DNA of 64,000 bases from Mobula hypostoma (lineage: Eukaryota), in NCBI RefSeq assembly GCF_963921235.1, contig NC_086097.1:207888001-207952000 (forward strand), written 5' to 3'. Below are positions 39,510 through 50,990 of this stretch, piece after piece. The notes under the pieces are model-generated. The model searched no databases and was not told the origin of the DNA. It worked only from the letters and a program-made list of their open reading frames with translations. Position 1 is the stretch's first letter. The number at the start of each line of letters is the position of its first letter. A program made the translations under genes and the position numbers.

Positions 39510-39688
39510 ACACTTAGTTCTTTAGATAATTTTTCTCGATAAATAAAGTATAATGTTTTTTGTGTTATTTATTTAATTGGGTTCTCTTTATCTAGTTTTA
39601 GGACTTAGGTGAAGATCTGATCATATTTTAGGTCATATTTATAGGAAGGGAAAATTCTACAGGGTTCACAAACTTTCTAGCACCACTA
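39510..39688 (+). mobile_element. Tc1-like transposon right-end fragment
   Basis: Ends ...GGGTTCACAAACTTTCTAGCACCACTA, resembling Tc1 terminal inverted repeats; embedded in Rex1-like debris. Confidence 0.4.
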
Positions 39689-39867
39689 TTTTTCTTTTTT
39701 TTGTTCGTGCACCACTAATTTAATTTTCTGTTTATATTTCTTATTGTAATTTATAGTTTGAGTATATTGCAATATATTGCTACTGCAAAACGTCAAATTT
39801 CATGACATATACTAGTGAAATTAAACCTGATTCTGTTTCTGATTAAAGTCGCCACTAATTAGCCAGT

Positions 39868-41058
39868 CACGAGGAATTCTGCAGATGCTGGAAATTCGAG
39901 CAACACACATCAAAGTTGCTGGTGAACGCAGCAGGCCAGGTAGCATCTCTAGGAAGAGGTGCAGTCGACGTTTCGGGCCCAGACCCTTCGGCAGGACTAA
40001 CTGATGTGATGCCAAACCAAGTTATCAGACGATTGATGCTAATGAGAGAGATAAGGGAGACAATGGAGAAATACTTAAAATATTAATGAGAGAGGAGAGA
40101 GAGAGATAACAGAAAAGAGACACAATTCAGAATATTGACAGACTGGTTGCTTTGAACCTGAACTGTTTGAAGTTTGATGGACAGGAAATACCCCAGCAGG
40201 GGGATAAAAAGAACAGGTTCGCTAAGGTACGGGACACCATGAGATCACGAGACCCTGGAAAAGCGGTGTGCCCCCACAAGTTGGTGGGAGTTTGGAGGTC
40301 TGGTTCGCGGAAACCGACCATAGACTCACAGGGTGTAAAGGTATGATCAGTGGGAACCTGGTGTGTGTGTCCGCCCTTGCCTGGGTGCCGGGTTCACTAC
40401 GGAAGAACGGTCGTATCCGGAACGGAGGGGTCACAGTCGGTGACCACAGCGGGATAGAAGACATAAAAGGGTCAGCCTGAAAACCAACTGTGAAGAACAT
40501 CAAAGGTCTGCCTGAATCAAATTTGCATCCCCCCTCCCCAACGGCACAACAGCGAGTACTGCAAACTGTACTAAGCTGAACTGAACTCTGCGTCACTTAG
40601 GACTGATCATTTTACCCCCAGACTGCGATAGAGCTTGGTTTGATTCCTATTACCCTAGTTCTGCGTACATGTGTGTATTAACATTGCTAACCTGCTGCAT
40701 TTATATCCTTACGATTAGAGTACTGTGTTACTTATTTCTTTAATAACACTTTATTAGTTCCTAGTAATCCAGACTCCAACGAGTGGTCCATTTCTGCTGG
40801 TTTGGCAACCCAGTTACGGGGTACGTAACACTGAAAGAAGAGCTAGTAAGAGGTTTGAAAGTGGGAGGGGGAGATCCAAAATGATAGGACAAGACAGGAA
40901 GGGGAGGGATGGGGCCAACAGCTGGACAGGTGATCGGCAAAAGGGATATGAGAGGATCATGGGACAGGAGGCCCAGGGAGAAGGAAAAGGGGGAGGGGGG
41001 AAAAACCCAGAGGATGGGCAAGGGGTATAGTGAGAGGGACAGGGAGAGAAAAAGAATG
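39868..41058 (-). mobile_element. Penelope-like pLTR fragment with hammerhead motif, split by a solo LTR
   Basis: Homologous to 22305-22656; AGGACTAACTGA|AAGAAGAG is contiguous once 40005-40830 and one TSD copy are removed. Confidence 0.75.
40005..40830 (+). mobile_element. Solo LTR (826 bp)
   Basis: TGTGATG...CGTAACA termini, exact 4-bp TSD CTGA at 40001-40004 and 40831-40834; CpGs retained, suggesting youth; orientation tentative. Confidence 0.88.
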
Positions 41059-41685
41059 TTCTCTAATTATCCAGTGTTAATTAAACATCTTGAAACACAA
41101 CAGTATTTCTGGTGAAGACACTCATACAGTGCTGCTGCTTGACAGGAATTTTGGAAGTTAAACCTAATTTCTAGGAAAGGACAGAGGAACGAGGAATGCC
41201 ATGTTTAGTTTCACTTGTTTGGTGATGTACATACAATTAGCATCCCTATTTCAAGTTAAATTAATTTAGCCCATCAATCTTAGAGCAACTCAATGAGCCA
41301 AAGGGCCTAATTCTGCTCCTATCTCTTATGGTCCAAATAGATTAATGGATGTACTAAATCATTGCTACCAAAATTTCCATTTGGCTCTTTTTGTGTAGGA
41401 TGAAGAAAATAATTTCTTCACATGATAATTATAAATTAAAATAAGGTGCACTAAGCCAGTAAAGATACCAGAGTTGGATCAGTATTGGGAAAACCCATTA
41501 CCTACACTTTTATCATTTCTTAATGCATGCATTACTAAATGACAATAAAAGGGGACTGCGTGTCTTCATAATCATATCATATACAAGCACTGTTTTCTCT
41601 CAAGCTGCACGGCCACACAGCTGGATTTGGATGCAGCTGGATAGTGTTTGAAACTTGAATGATTCTTTGAACTGCATTTCATTTT

Positions 41686-41773
41686 ACCCTTCAATTAATA
41701 AGATCAATATATGTGATTTTTCAATTTTCACCCTTCAATTAATAAGATCAATATATGTGATTTTTCAATTTTC
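41686..41773 (+). repeat. Perfect 44-bp tandem duplication
   Basis: ACCCTTCAATTAATAAGATCAATATATGTGATTTTTCAATTTTC occurs twice head-to-tail. Confidence 0.95.
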
Positions 41774-41827
41774 ATTCTAAATATTCATAGCATCCATATT
41801 ACAAAAACATTTAAATTGCCACACAAG

Positions 41828-42010
41828 ACACAAAAATGCTGGAGGAACTCAGCACAGCAGGCAGCATCTATGGAAAACAGTAAACAGTTGACCTTCAACA
41901 GGACTTCTCATCTTTTTTCCAGTCCTACTGAAGGGTCTCGGCCCAATACGTTGACTGTACTCTTTTCCACAGATGCTGCCTGGGCTGCTGAGTTCCTCCA
42001 GCATTTTGTG
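41828..42010. repeat. Foldback (inverted repeat) element derived from Penelope-like terminal sequence
   Basis: About 60-bp arms: CACAAAAATGCTGGAGGAACTCAGCA..GGCAGCATCT and its reverse complement AGATGCTGCC..TGCTGAGTTCCTCCAGCATTTTGTG, around a decayed hammerhead motif. Confidence 0.8.
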
Positions 42011-43136
42011 AGAAAAGAACGGGGAAGGGAAAAGAGAAAGGGAGGTGGGCAGGGAGCCATTACTGGAAGTTAGAGAAATCAGTGTTACTCATTCTCTTTA
42101 CAAAGCCCAATGCAATATATCTTGCAGCATTTTGACCATGGTAACTCAGAGTGCCACAGATCTCTATAGAATGCACTTGAAGATAACTCCTTTGATTTCA
42201 ATTCTGGAAAACTATCCTTGCTCTAGTTTGGCAAGTAACATAATTAAAACTTTCAACTGTACAACTAATAAACCGATTTCTAATAAAGCCAAAATGGGTT
42301 CTGAATAAACACACTGGTAGCTGAGGTGGGTAAAGCCCATCTGTTATCTGGACTTTAATAAAGCATAGTGTATTTGTTTCTATGATCCTCAGCAGCCAAA
42401 CAAGGAAAAATTAATCTAAATGGCCCAGATACGTAATACAACAAAATGTCACTCATTTTTAGACTTCTCCATTCCAGTTTAAAAAGAAAAACTTGCAAAA
42501 AAAATGACAATATGCAGGTTCTACAAGTGTTCACCAAATTATTTCAAGCAAAACATATGCAATATTCTTGCAGCATATTTTTTCTATCTTTAAATAATCA
42601 ATGTAAAATTATATACTAAACAACTTCCTGCACTTCTGTTCAAGATTTGTCCTTCAGACTGTTTGTAAAAAAAACATTTCCAATAACAGGTATCTTATAC
42701 ATGTCAAACAATGGCACTAATGCAAGTAATATTTATCATTTCCATAGATGCTGCCTAACCAGTTGAGTTCCTCCATTATTTTGTGTGTGTTGCTTTGGAT
42801 TTCCAGCATCTGCAGAATTTTTCATGTTTATAATATCTAACTAGCTCATTACGTTTCTAGGATTTCAAAGATTCAGTCATAGAAATGCAAGTTTAAATGT
42901 TGTCTATCTAATGACTTCAAGTCCACAGAGAAGGAATTTTCATTAATAATTCACTGTATTGAAATCTGTGATAATCATCAAGATAGAGACAGCACCAAAC
43001 ATTGATATACAAGTGATAATCTGATGCTATGAAGTGCAGTTACTTTTTACTGAAAGCATTTAGATATCATAGCAGTGAACTAACCAAACAGGTCCTTAGG
43101 TTACTCAATATATTTCTGCTAAATACAGCAAGACAC

Positions 43137-43142
43137 TTTATT
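43137..43142 (-). terminator. Candidate polyadenylation signal (AATAAA) for ATP6V1H
   Basis: TTTATT on + strand about 180 nt downstream of the stop codon; usage not demonstrable from sequence. Confidence 0.4.
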
Positions 43143-43323
43143 TCACCAGAATCTATTAACTATTTTTGCCAAGTACATTGAACTTTACAGAAATGCATCA
43201 TGCCGACAAATAAAACAGTGACATTATATTATATCCTTAATTCAATATATCCAGAAAGAATTCCATATACCATAAACAAAGGAAGAACACTTTTAATGCA
43301 GATTGCAGAAGTTTTGGTAAAAT

Positions 43324-43384
43324 TCAGCTTCTTGTGGTGACAGTTGGAGCTTGCTCTGACTGTAGTTGTTTTCCAAGATATTCC
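43324..43384 (-). CDS. ATP6V1H: ATP6V1H terminal coding exon (coding part, 61 bp including TGA)
   Basis: tttttag|GGAATATCTTGGA...AGAAGCTGA; EYLGKQLQSEQAPTVTTRS*, matching the vertebrate C-terminus EYLGKQLQSEQ...RS. Confidence 0.95.
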
Positions 43385-43724
43385 CTAAAAAATAATGGGA
43401 CAGGTTTATTATGTTTTTAATAGAACATACATTATTCATTAAAATACAAGGCCTTTATTACACAGACAAATGCATTGCTTATTTCCTTCAAAGTGAAAGC
43501 AATGAAAGATAAAAAATAGGAGTTTAAGAGAAAACATCTGCATTAAATCATGCTTTGTTTACCAATTCAGGAATACATTTGTGGTATTACTAAATAATGG
43601 ACAGAATTGATTGTGGACTTCAGAAAGAGCAAGATGAGAGTACACACACCAGTTCTCATTGAGGGATCAGAAGTGAAAAGGGCGAGCAATTTCAAGTTCC
43701 TTAATGTGAACATCCCTGAGGGTT

Positions 43725-44724
43725 CCATTTGCGACCGAGCTTTAACTTCCTGACTGATGTCTTGAGATGTTGTTTCAATACATCCACATAATTTTCCTTC
43801 CTCATGATGCCATCTATTTTGTGAAGTGCACCAGTCCCTCCTGCAGCAAAGCACCCCCACAATGTGATGCTGCCACCCCATGCTTCACGGTTGGGATGGT
43901 GTTCTTTGGCTTTCAAGCCTCACCCTTTTTCCTCCAAACATGATGATGGTCATTATGGCCAGACAGTTCAATTTTTGTTTCATCAGACCAGGGGGCATTT
44001 CTCCAAAAAGTAAGATCATTGTCCCCATGTGCACTTGCAAACTGTAGTCTGGCTTTTTTTAATGGTGGTTTTGGAGCAGTGGCTTCTTCCTTGCTGAGCA
44101 GCCTTTCAGGTTATGTCGATATACCATCCCAACCGTGAAGCATAGGGGTGGCAGCATCATATTGTGGGGGTGCTTTGCTGCATTTGTAAATGGGTCTTCC
44201 AAATGGACAATGATTGCAAGCATACCTCCAAAGTTGTGGCCAAATTGCTTAAGGACAACAAAGTCAAGGTATTGGAGTGGCCATCACAAAGCCCTGACCT
44301 CAATCCAATAGAAAATTTGTGGGCAGAACTGAAAAAGCGTGTGCGAGCAAGGAGGCTTACAAACCTAACTCAGTTACACCAGTTCTGTCTGGAGGAATGG
44401 AACAAAATTCCAGCAACTTACTGTAAGAAGCTTGTGGAAGGCTACCCAAAACATTTGACCCAAGTTAAACAGTTTAAAGGCAATGCTACCAAATACTAAC
44501 CAAGTGTATGTAAACTTCTGACCCTCTGGGACAGTGATGAAAGAAATAAAAGCTGAAATAAATCATTCTCTCTACTATTATTCTGACAATTCACTTTATT
44601 AAAATAAAGTAGTGATCCTAACTGACCTAAGACAGGGAAAGTTTTCTAGGATTAAATGTAAGGAATTGTGAACTGAGTTTAAATGTATTTGGCTACAGTG
44701 TATGTAAACTTCTGACTTTAACTG
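43725..44724 (+). mobile_element. Sleeping Beauty-like Tc1 transposon remnant: inverted internal segment (43725-44122, minus) + transposase C-terminus + complete right IR/DR (44502-44724) followed by TA
   Basis: WVFQMDND.KHTSKVVAK.LKDNKVKVLEWPSQSPDLNPIENLWAELKKRVRARR...LTQVKQFKGNATKY*; two GTGTATGTAAACTTCTGAC direct repeats; ends AACTG|TA. Confidence 0.95.
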
Positions 44725-45079
44725 TATATGGCATGTTTACCTTCACTGAACACAGCATTGAGTATGAAAGTCAGAAAGTCATATTATAACTATACAAAAC
44801 GTGCATTAGCCAACATTACAGGATGCATATAAAGGCTTTGGTGAGGTTGGACAAAAATGGATTGTTTTACTGGAGATCAATGGCTGACAGGAGACCTGAT
44901 AAGAGGTTTATAAAATTATGAGAGGCATCAATAGGTTAAGTAGCCAAAGTCTTTTTAGCAGGGTAGAAATGTCAAATACGAAAGGATGTACTGTAGCTTA
45001 AAGGTGAGAGGGAGATGTGAGGTTACTTTTTTCAAATGTCAAATACCTGATGCGATGGTATAAGCAGACATTAAATAAA

Positions 45080-48020
45080 TGATGTTAAAAGTTCAGGCAA
45101 AGCCGCAAATAGAAAGGTTGTGAGTGGTGGTAAAAATCTTCTGAGGTGTATATATTTCAATGCTAGGAGTATTGCGGGGAAGGCAGACGAGTTGAGGGCG
45201 TGGATTGACACGTGGAATTATGAGGTTGTAGCAATTAGTGAAACTTGGCTACAGGAGGGGACTGGCAGCTTAATATTCCAGGGTTCCGATGTTTCAGATG
45301 TGATAGAGGCAGAGGAATGAAAGGTGGGCGGGGGGGGGGGGTAGCATTGCTTGTCAGGGAAAATGTTACAGCAGTGCTCAGGCAGGACAGATTAGAGGGC
45401 TTGTCTACTGAGTCCTTATGGGTGGAGCTGAGAAACAGGAAAGGTATGGCCACATTAGTGGGGTTGTATTATAGACCACCCAATAGTCAGTGAGAATTGG
45501 AGGAGCAAATCTGCAGAGAGATAGCAGGCAACTGCAGGAAACATAAAGTTGTGGTGGTAGGGGATTTTAATTTTCCACATATTGATTGGGACACCCATAT
45601 TGTTAGGGGTCCAGATGGGTTAGAGTTTGTAAAATGTGTTCAGGAAATTTTCTAAATCAATATATAGAGGTACCAACTAGAGGAGATGCAATATTAGATC
45701 TCCTAATAGGAAACGAGTTAGGACAAGTGACGGAAGTGTGTGTAGGGGAGCACTTTGGTTCCAGTGATCATAACACCATTAGTTTCAACTTGATCATGGA
45801 TAAAGGTAGATCTGGTCCTAGGGTTGAGGTTCTGAACTGGAAGAAGGCCAAATTTGAAGAAATGAGAAAGGATCTAAAGAGAGTGGATTAGGACAGGTTG
45901 TTCTCTGGCAAGGATGTGATCGGTAAGTGGGAAGCCTTCAAAAGGAGAAATTTTGAGAGTACAGAGCTTGCACATTCCTGTCAGGATTAAAGGCAAAGTG
46001 AATAGGAATAAGGAACTTTGGTTCTCAAGGGATATTGCAACTCTGATAAAGAAGAGAGTTGTATGAAATGTATAGGAAACAGGGAGTAAATAGGGTGCTT
46101 GAGGAATATAAAAAGTGCAAGAAAATACTTGAGGAAATCAGGAGAGCTAAAAGAAGACATGAGGTTGCCTTGGCAGTCAAAGTGAAGGATAATCCAAAGA
46201 GCTTTTACAGGTATATTAAGAGTAAAAAGATTGTAAGGGATAAAATTGGTCCTCTTGAAGATCAGAGTGGTCGGCTATGTGCGGAACCAAAGGAAATGGG
46301 GGAGATCTTAAATGGGTTTTTTGTGTCTGTATTTACTAAGGAAACTGGCATGAAGTCTATGGAGTTAAGGGAAACAAGTAGTGAGATCATGGAAACTGTA
46401 CAGATCGTAAAGGAGGAGGTGCTTGCTATCTTGAGGCAAACTAAAGTGGATAAATCCCTGGGACCTGACAGGGTATTCCCTCGGACCTTGAAGGAGACTA
46501 GTGTTGAAATTGCAGGGGCCCTGGCAGATATATTTAAAATGTCAGTGACTACGGGTGAAGTGCCGGAGGATTGGAGAGTGGCTCATGTTGTTCCGTGTTT
46601 AAAAAAGGATCAAAAAGTAATCCAGGAAATTATAGGCCGGTGAGTTTAACGTCAGTAGTGGGTAAGTTATTGGAGGGAGTACTAAGAGACAGAATCTACA
46701 AGCATTTGGCTAGACAGGGACTTAGTAGGGAGAGTCAACATGGCTTTGTGCGTGGCAGGTCATGTTTGACCAATCTATTGGAGTTTTTCGAGGAGGTTAC
46801 CAGGAAAGTGGATGAAGGGAAGGCAGTGGATATTGTCTACATGGACTTCAGTAAGGCCTTTGACAAGGTCCCACATGGGAGGTTAGTTAGGAAAATCCAG
46901 TCGCTAGGTATACATGGAGAGGTGGTAAATTGGATTAGACATTGGCTCAATGGAAGAAGCTAGAGAGTGGTGGTAGAGAATTGCTTCTCAGAGTGGAGGC
47001 CTGTGACTAGTGGTGTGCCACAGGGATCAGTGCTGGGTCCATTGTTATTTGTCATCTATATCAATGATCTGGATGATAATGTGGTAAATTGGATCAGCAA
47101 ATTTGCTGATGATACAAAGATTGGAGGTGTAGTGGACAGTGAGGAAGGTTTTCAAAACTTGCAGAGGGATTTGGACCAGCTGGAAAAATGGGTTGAAAAG
47201 TGGCAGATGGAGTTTAATACAGACAAGTGTGAGGTATTGCACTTTGGAAAGACAAACCAAGGTAGAACATACAGGGTTAATGGTAAGGCACTGAGGAGTG
47301 CAGTGGAACAGAGGGATCTGGGAATACAGATACAAAGTTCCCTAAAAGTGGCGTCACAGGTAGATAGGGTCGTAAAGAGAGCTTTTGGTACATTGGCCTT
47401 TATTAATCAAAGTACTGAGTATAAGAGCTGCAATGTTATGGTGAGGTTGTATAAGGCATTGGTGAGGCCGAATCTGGAGTATTGTGTTCAGTTTTGGTTA
47501 CCAAATTACAGGAAGGATATTAATAAGGTTGAAAGAGTGCAGAGAAGGTTTACAAGGATGTTGTCAGGACTTGAGAAACTCAGTTACAGAGAAAGGTTAA
47601 ATAGGTGAGGACTTTATTCCCTGGAGCGTAGAAAAATGAGGGGAGATTTGATAGAGGTATATAAAATTACGATGGTTATAGATAGAGTGAATGCAAGCAG
47701 GCTTTTTCCACTGAGGCAAGGGGAGAAAAAAACCAGGGGACATGGGTTAAGGGTGAAAGGGGAAAAAGTTTAAAGGGAACATGGGGGGGGGGGCTTCTTC
47801 ACACAGAGAGTGGTGGGAGTGTGGAATGAGCTGCCAGACAAGGTGGTAAATGTGGGTTCTTTTTTAACATTTAAGAATAAATTGGACAGATACATGGATG
47901 GGAGGTGTATGGAGGGATATGGTCTGTCTGCAGGTCAGTGGGACTAGGCAAAAAATTGTTCGGCACAGCCAAGAAGGGCCAAAAGGCCTGTTTCTGTGCT
48001 GTAGTTCTTCTATGGTTTCT
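45080..48020 (+). mobile_element. CR1 subfamily D, ORF2-length, several frameshifts, in last ATP6V1H intron (antisense to gene)
   Basis: [51 protein letters not shown]; tail TTCTATGGTTTCTA. Confidence 0.93.
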
Positions 48021-48164
48021 AATATATTCAGATAAACTAATGGACAAGGAGAACAGAAGGATTTGGGTTACTGTCTGTGCAGGCAGAATTTATTAGGTGA
48101 TAATTAAATAATGGTACCCAAGTATGGCTCATCGGAAGTTGTACAAGGACTTCAGTAAGTTGTA

Positions 48165-48754
48165 CAGTTGTACAAGGCCTTGGTGAGACCACACCTGGAG
48201 TATTGTGTGCAGTTTTGGTCCCCTAATCTGAGGAAAGACATCCTTGCCATAGAGGGAGTACAAAGAAGGTTCACCAGATTGATTCCTGGGATGGCAGGAC
48301 TTTCATATGAAGAAAGACTGGATCGACTAGGCTTGTACTCGTGGGAATTTAGAAGATTGAGGGGGGATCTGATTGAAACGTATAAAATCCTAAAGGGATT
48401 GGACAGGCTAGATGCAGGAAGATTGTTCCCCATGTTGGGGAAGTCCAGAACGAGGGGTCACAGTTTGAGGATAAAGGCGAAGCCTTTTAGGACTGAGATT
48501 AGGAAAAACTTCTTCACACAGAGAGTGGTGAATCTGTGGAATTCTCTGCCACAGGAAACAGTTGAGGCCAGTTCATTGGCTATATTTAAGAGGGAGTTAG
48601 ATATGGCCCTTGTGGCTAGGGGGATCAGAGGGTATGGAGGCAAGGCTGGTGCAGGGTTCTGAGTTGGATGATCAGCCATGATCATAATAAATGGCGGTGC
48701 AGGCTCAAAGGGCCGAATGGCCTACTCCTGCACCTATTTTCTATGTTTTCTATG
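48165..48754 (+). mobile_element. Short 5'-truncated young CR1 subfamily B
   Basis: ORF 48168..48662 near-identical to C-terminus of other B copies; tail TTTTCTATGTTTTCTATG. Confidence 0.93.
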
Positions 48755-49659
48755 AAATGCATTTCAATTTGTTGCACAAAATCTGTACTCGTAAGCAACA
48801 CAAAATAGCTCTCAAAGAAAATAATAATAATCATAAAGGAAACCTACACTTTGTTCTTACCTCCCCGCCATCTCTCTACAAAACACCTTCATGTACTGAA
48901 GCAGGATTAATGACCTGAAATGTTGACTGTTCCTTACTCCATAGATGCCAGCTGTTTCATTATTTTAGTTTTTAAAATTTTTATCATAATGAATTCTGTT
49001 GCTGAAATAAGTCAACTGTTTATCATTGTCAAATTATGAATCATATAATTAGGTTTTATTTATTTTTAAAGTTCTAAACCAAGACTAAAAGGTCAAGGTT
49101 GATTTATTGATATTTTAAAAGTTTTTTGAATCACAACTACAAATCAAATATATCTGTGTTACAATGGCACAGGTACTCCTTGAAATAACACAATTATGTC
49201 TCTGGGTCCATATTCTCAATTTGTCAAGTTATTGCTCTAACAACCAAACAATGTTAGAGGGTACAAAAATATAGTCAGTTATAGTTAATTGGAACTATTA
49301 ATAATAATCATTTGCCAGTCTTGGACTGTCTTCTACTGCAAGAACCACCAGTTCATCTTTAGATTTTATTTTAAAAATGAAGCAGCAACTGAAATCATAG
49401 GTGTAGCTGTGTCACAGATTGCTATTCATCTGGTAATAGCTGCACCTGTTGACTCAGATACCTTGAAATTACAGACTGCAGTTACTTGACCTAATGGACT
49501 ATGAAACTACCCACAGTACTTAGAAAGGCAGCATTTGGAAAAGACTAATAGGTGCCTTTAGATTTTGCAGAACATGGAAAGGAATCTTGTTATTCATATT
49601 ATTGTATTAGAAATAGAACTCTAATGGCTGCAACAGAAAGTTACCCTGGAAATACATCA

Positions 49660-50990
49660 TGTATTATGAAGTAAAATAGACCGGATGAAGTTCAAGTCAA
49701 TCTCTGCTTGAGTAATTGCTGGATGGTAAGAGAAGAAGTGAAAGGACAAGTGCTTAATCTTCTCCAGATGCATGGGAAAGTGTCATGGGTCATGAATGAT
49801 AATCTCCGAGCCGGCAGAAATTGCAAAGTACAAATCTCTGATCGAGTATAGTTCATTCTGTGTTCACAAGGTGGTCCCCTCTACAGTGAAGAAATTAAAC
49901 ACAGACTAGGCTGGGTGACCACTTTCTAGAACATTCACACTCATTCCACAGGATGAACTTCAACTTCCTGTTGTATGCCACTGCCATTCCAACCAGTCCA
50001 CAGCTTTCTCCGCTGGCCTGATGAGATGCAAAGCAGATTAGAAAAAATAAGTTTATTTTCTTTCTAGGCACTTTGCAACCTTTTGGAATGAACATCCAAC
50101 TTTTCAACCAGACAATTTGCTTTAACCTCTTTAATCCACCCAGAAAAACTCTTGACATCAATCTTCAATCCCAAGTTCATCAGCATCACCATCATCTGAA
50201 CACCAGTCAAAATGCTGCTTCTCAGCTTCCCCACCACAACAGGCAACACAACCACTTGCAGACAAAAGAACAAAATTAGAAGATATTCAGGCAGTAAGAC
50301 CTGATTTCAGAAAACCACTGAGGGAACATAGCTTGATGCTTGCATCATGGAGAGAGATAAATTGGATGGGGAGCCATTACTCAAAGCTTCAGAAAGCTCT
50401 ATTCTTGCTATCCAGTCTGCACCTGGTCTCACTGGTGTTCCCTTTGTCAAGCGCCTTCGCTATATCTGCTGTGCCAGCCAAGCCTCGCCGTTTTAATTAC
50501 ATTTCCCATTCTCACACCAATATACCTGTCTCTAGTCTCCTCCACTGCCAAGTTAAGGCCAAATGAACATCAGAGGATTGGACCTCATTTCACTTGGGCA
50601 CTCTCCATATTGGCAGAATGAACACTGAATTCTAAAACATACAATAATCACTGCCATCTGTCCTCCCTCCCCCACCTTTATTTCACTCATCCTGATCTAC
50701 CTGGCACCCAATGCCCTCTCTTTTGCCTTCCCCGCCCTCTCAATCTGCCTGACACACATTCGTCTCCCTTTATTCCCTAGTCCACCTTCCTCACCATCTG
50801 AGTCCATCTTCAACCCTATGTCATTTCCACCTATCATCTGCCAGCTACTAACATCATACCCACTCTCCCTCCTTTTTCAGCTGCTTTTCATGCACTCACC
50901 TGGATCTACATATCACCGGCCAATTGTTTACTCCACCCCTTCCCTCCACCATTTCATACAGGCCACCTCCTCTCTTTCAGACCTGATACA
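49660..50990 (+). mobile_element. Old Penelope-like fragments (C-terminal ORF remnants and pyrimidine-rich 3' region; mixed orientation)
   Basis: FNYISHSHTNIPVSSLLHCQVKAK...LGTL..RMNTEF at 50490-50635 and FLGTLQPFGMNI at about 50060-50100 resemble the Penelope ORF end (HFNS.SHS...LGSLQP.GMN). Confidence 0.6.

Noticed and set aside
1..43000. OPRK1 or other host exons downstream of ATP6V1H; CRISPR-like arrays
   Set aside because: No GPCR-like or other host coding sequence recognised and no regularly spaced repeat-spacer array; small exons could have been missed
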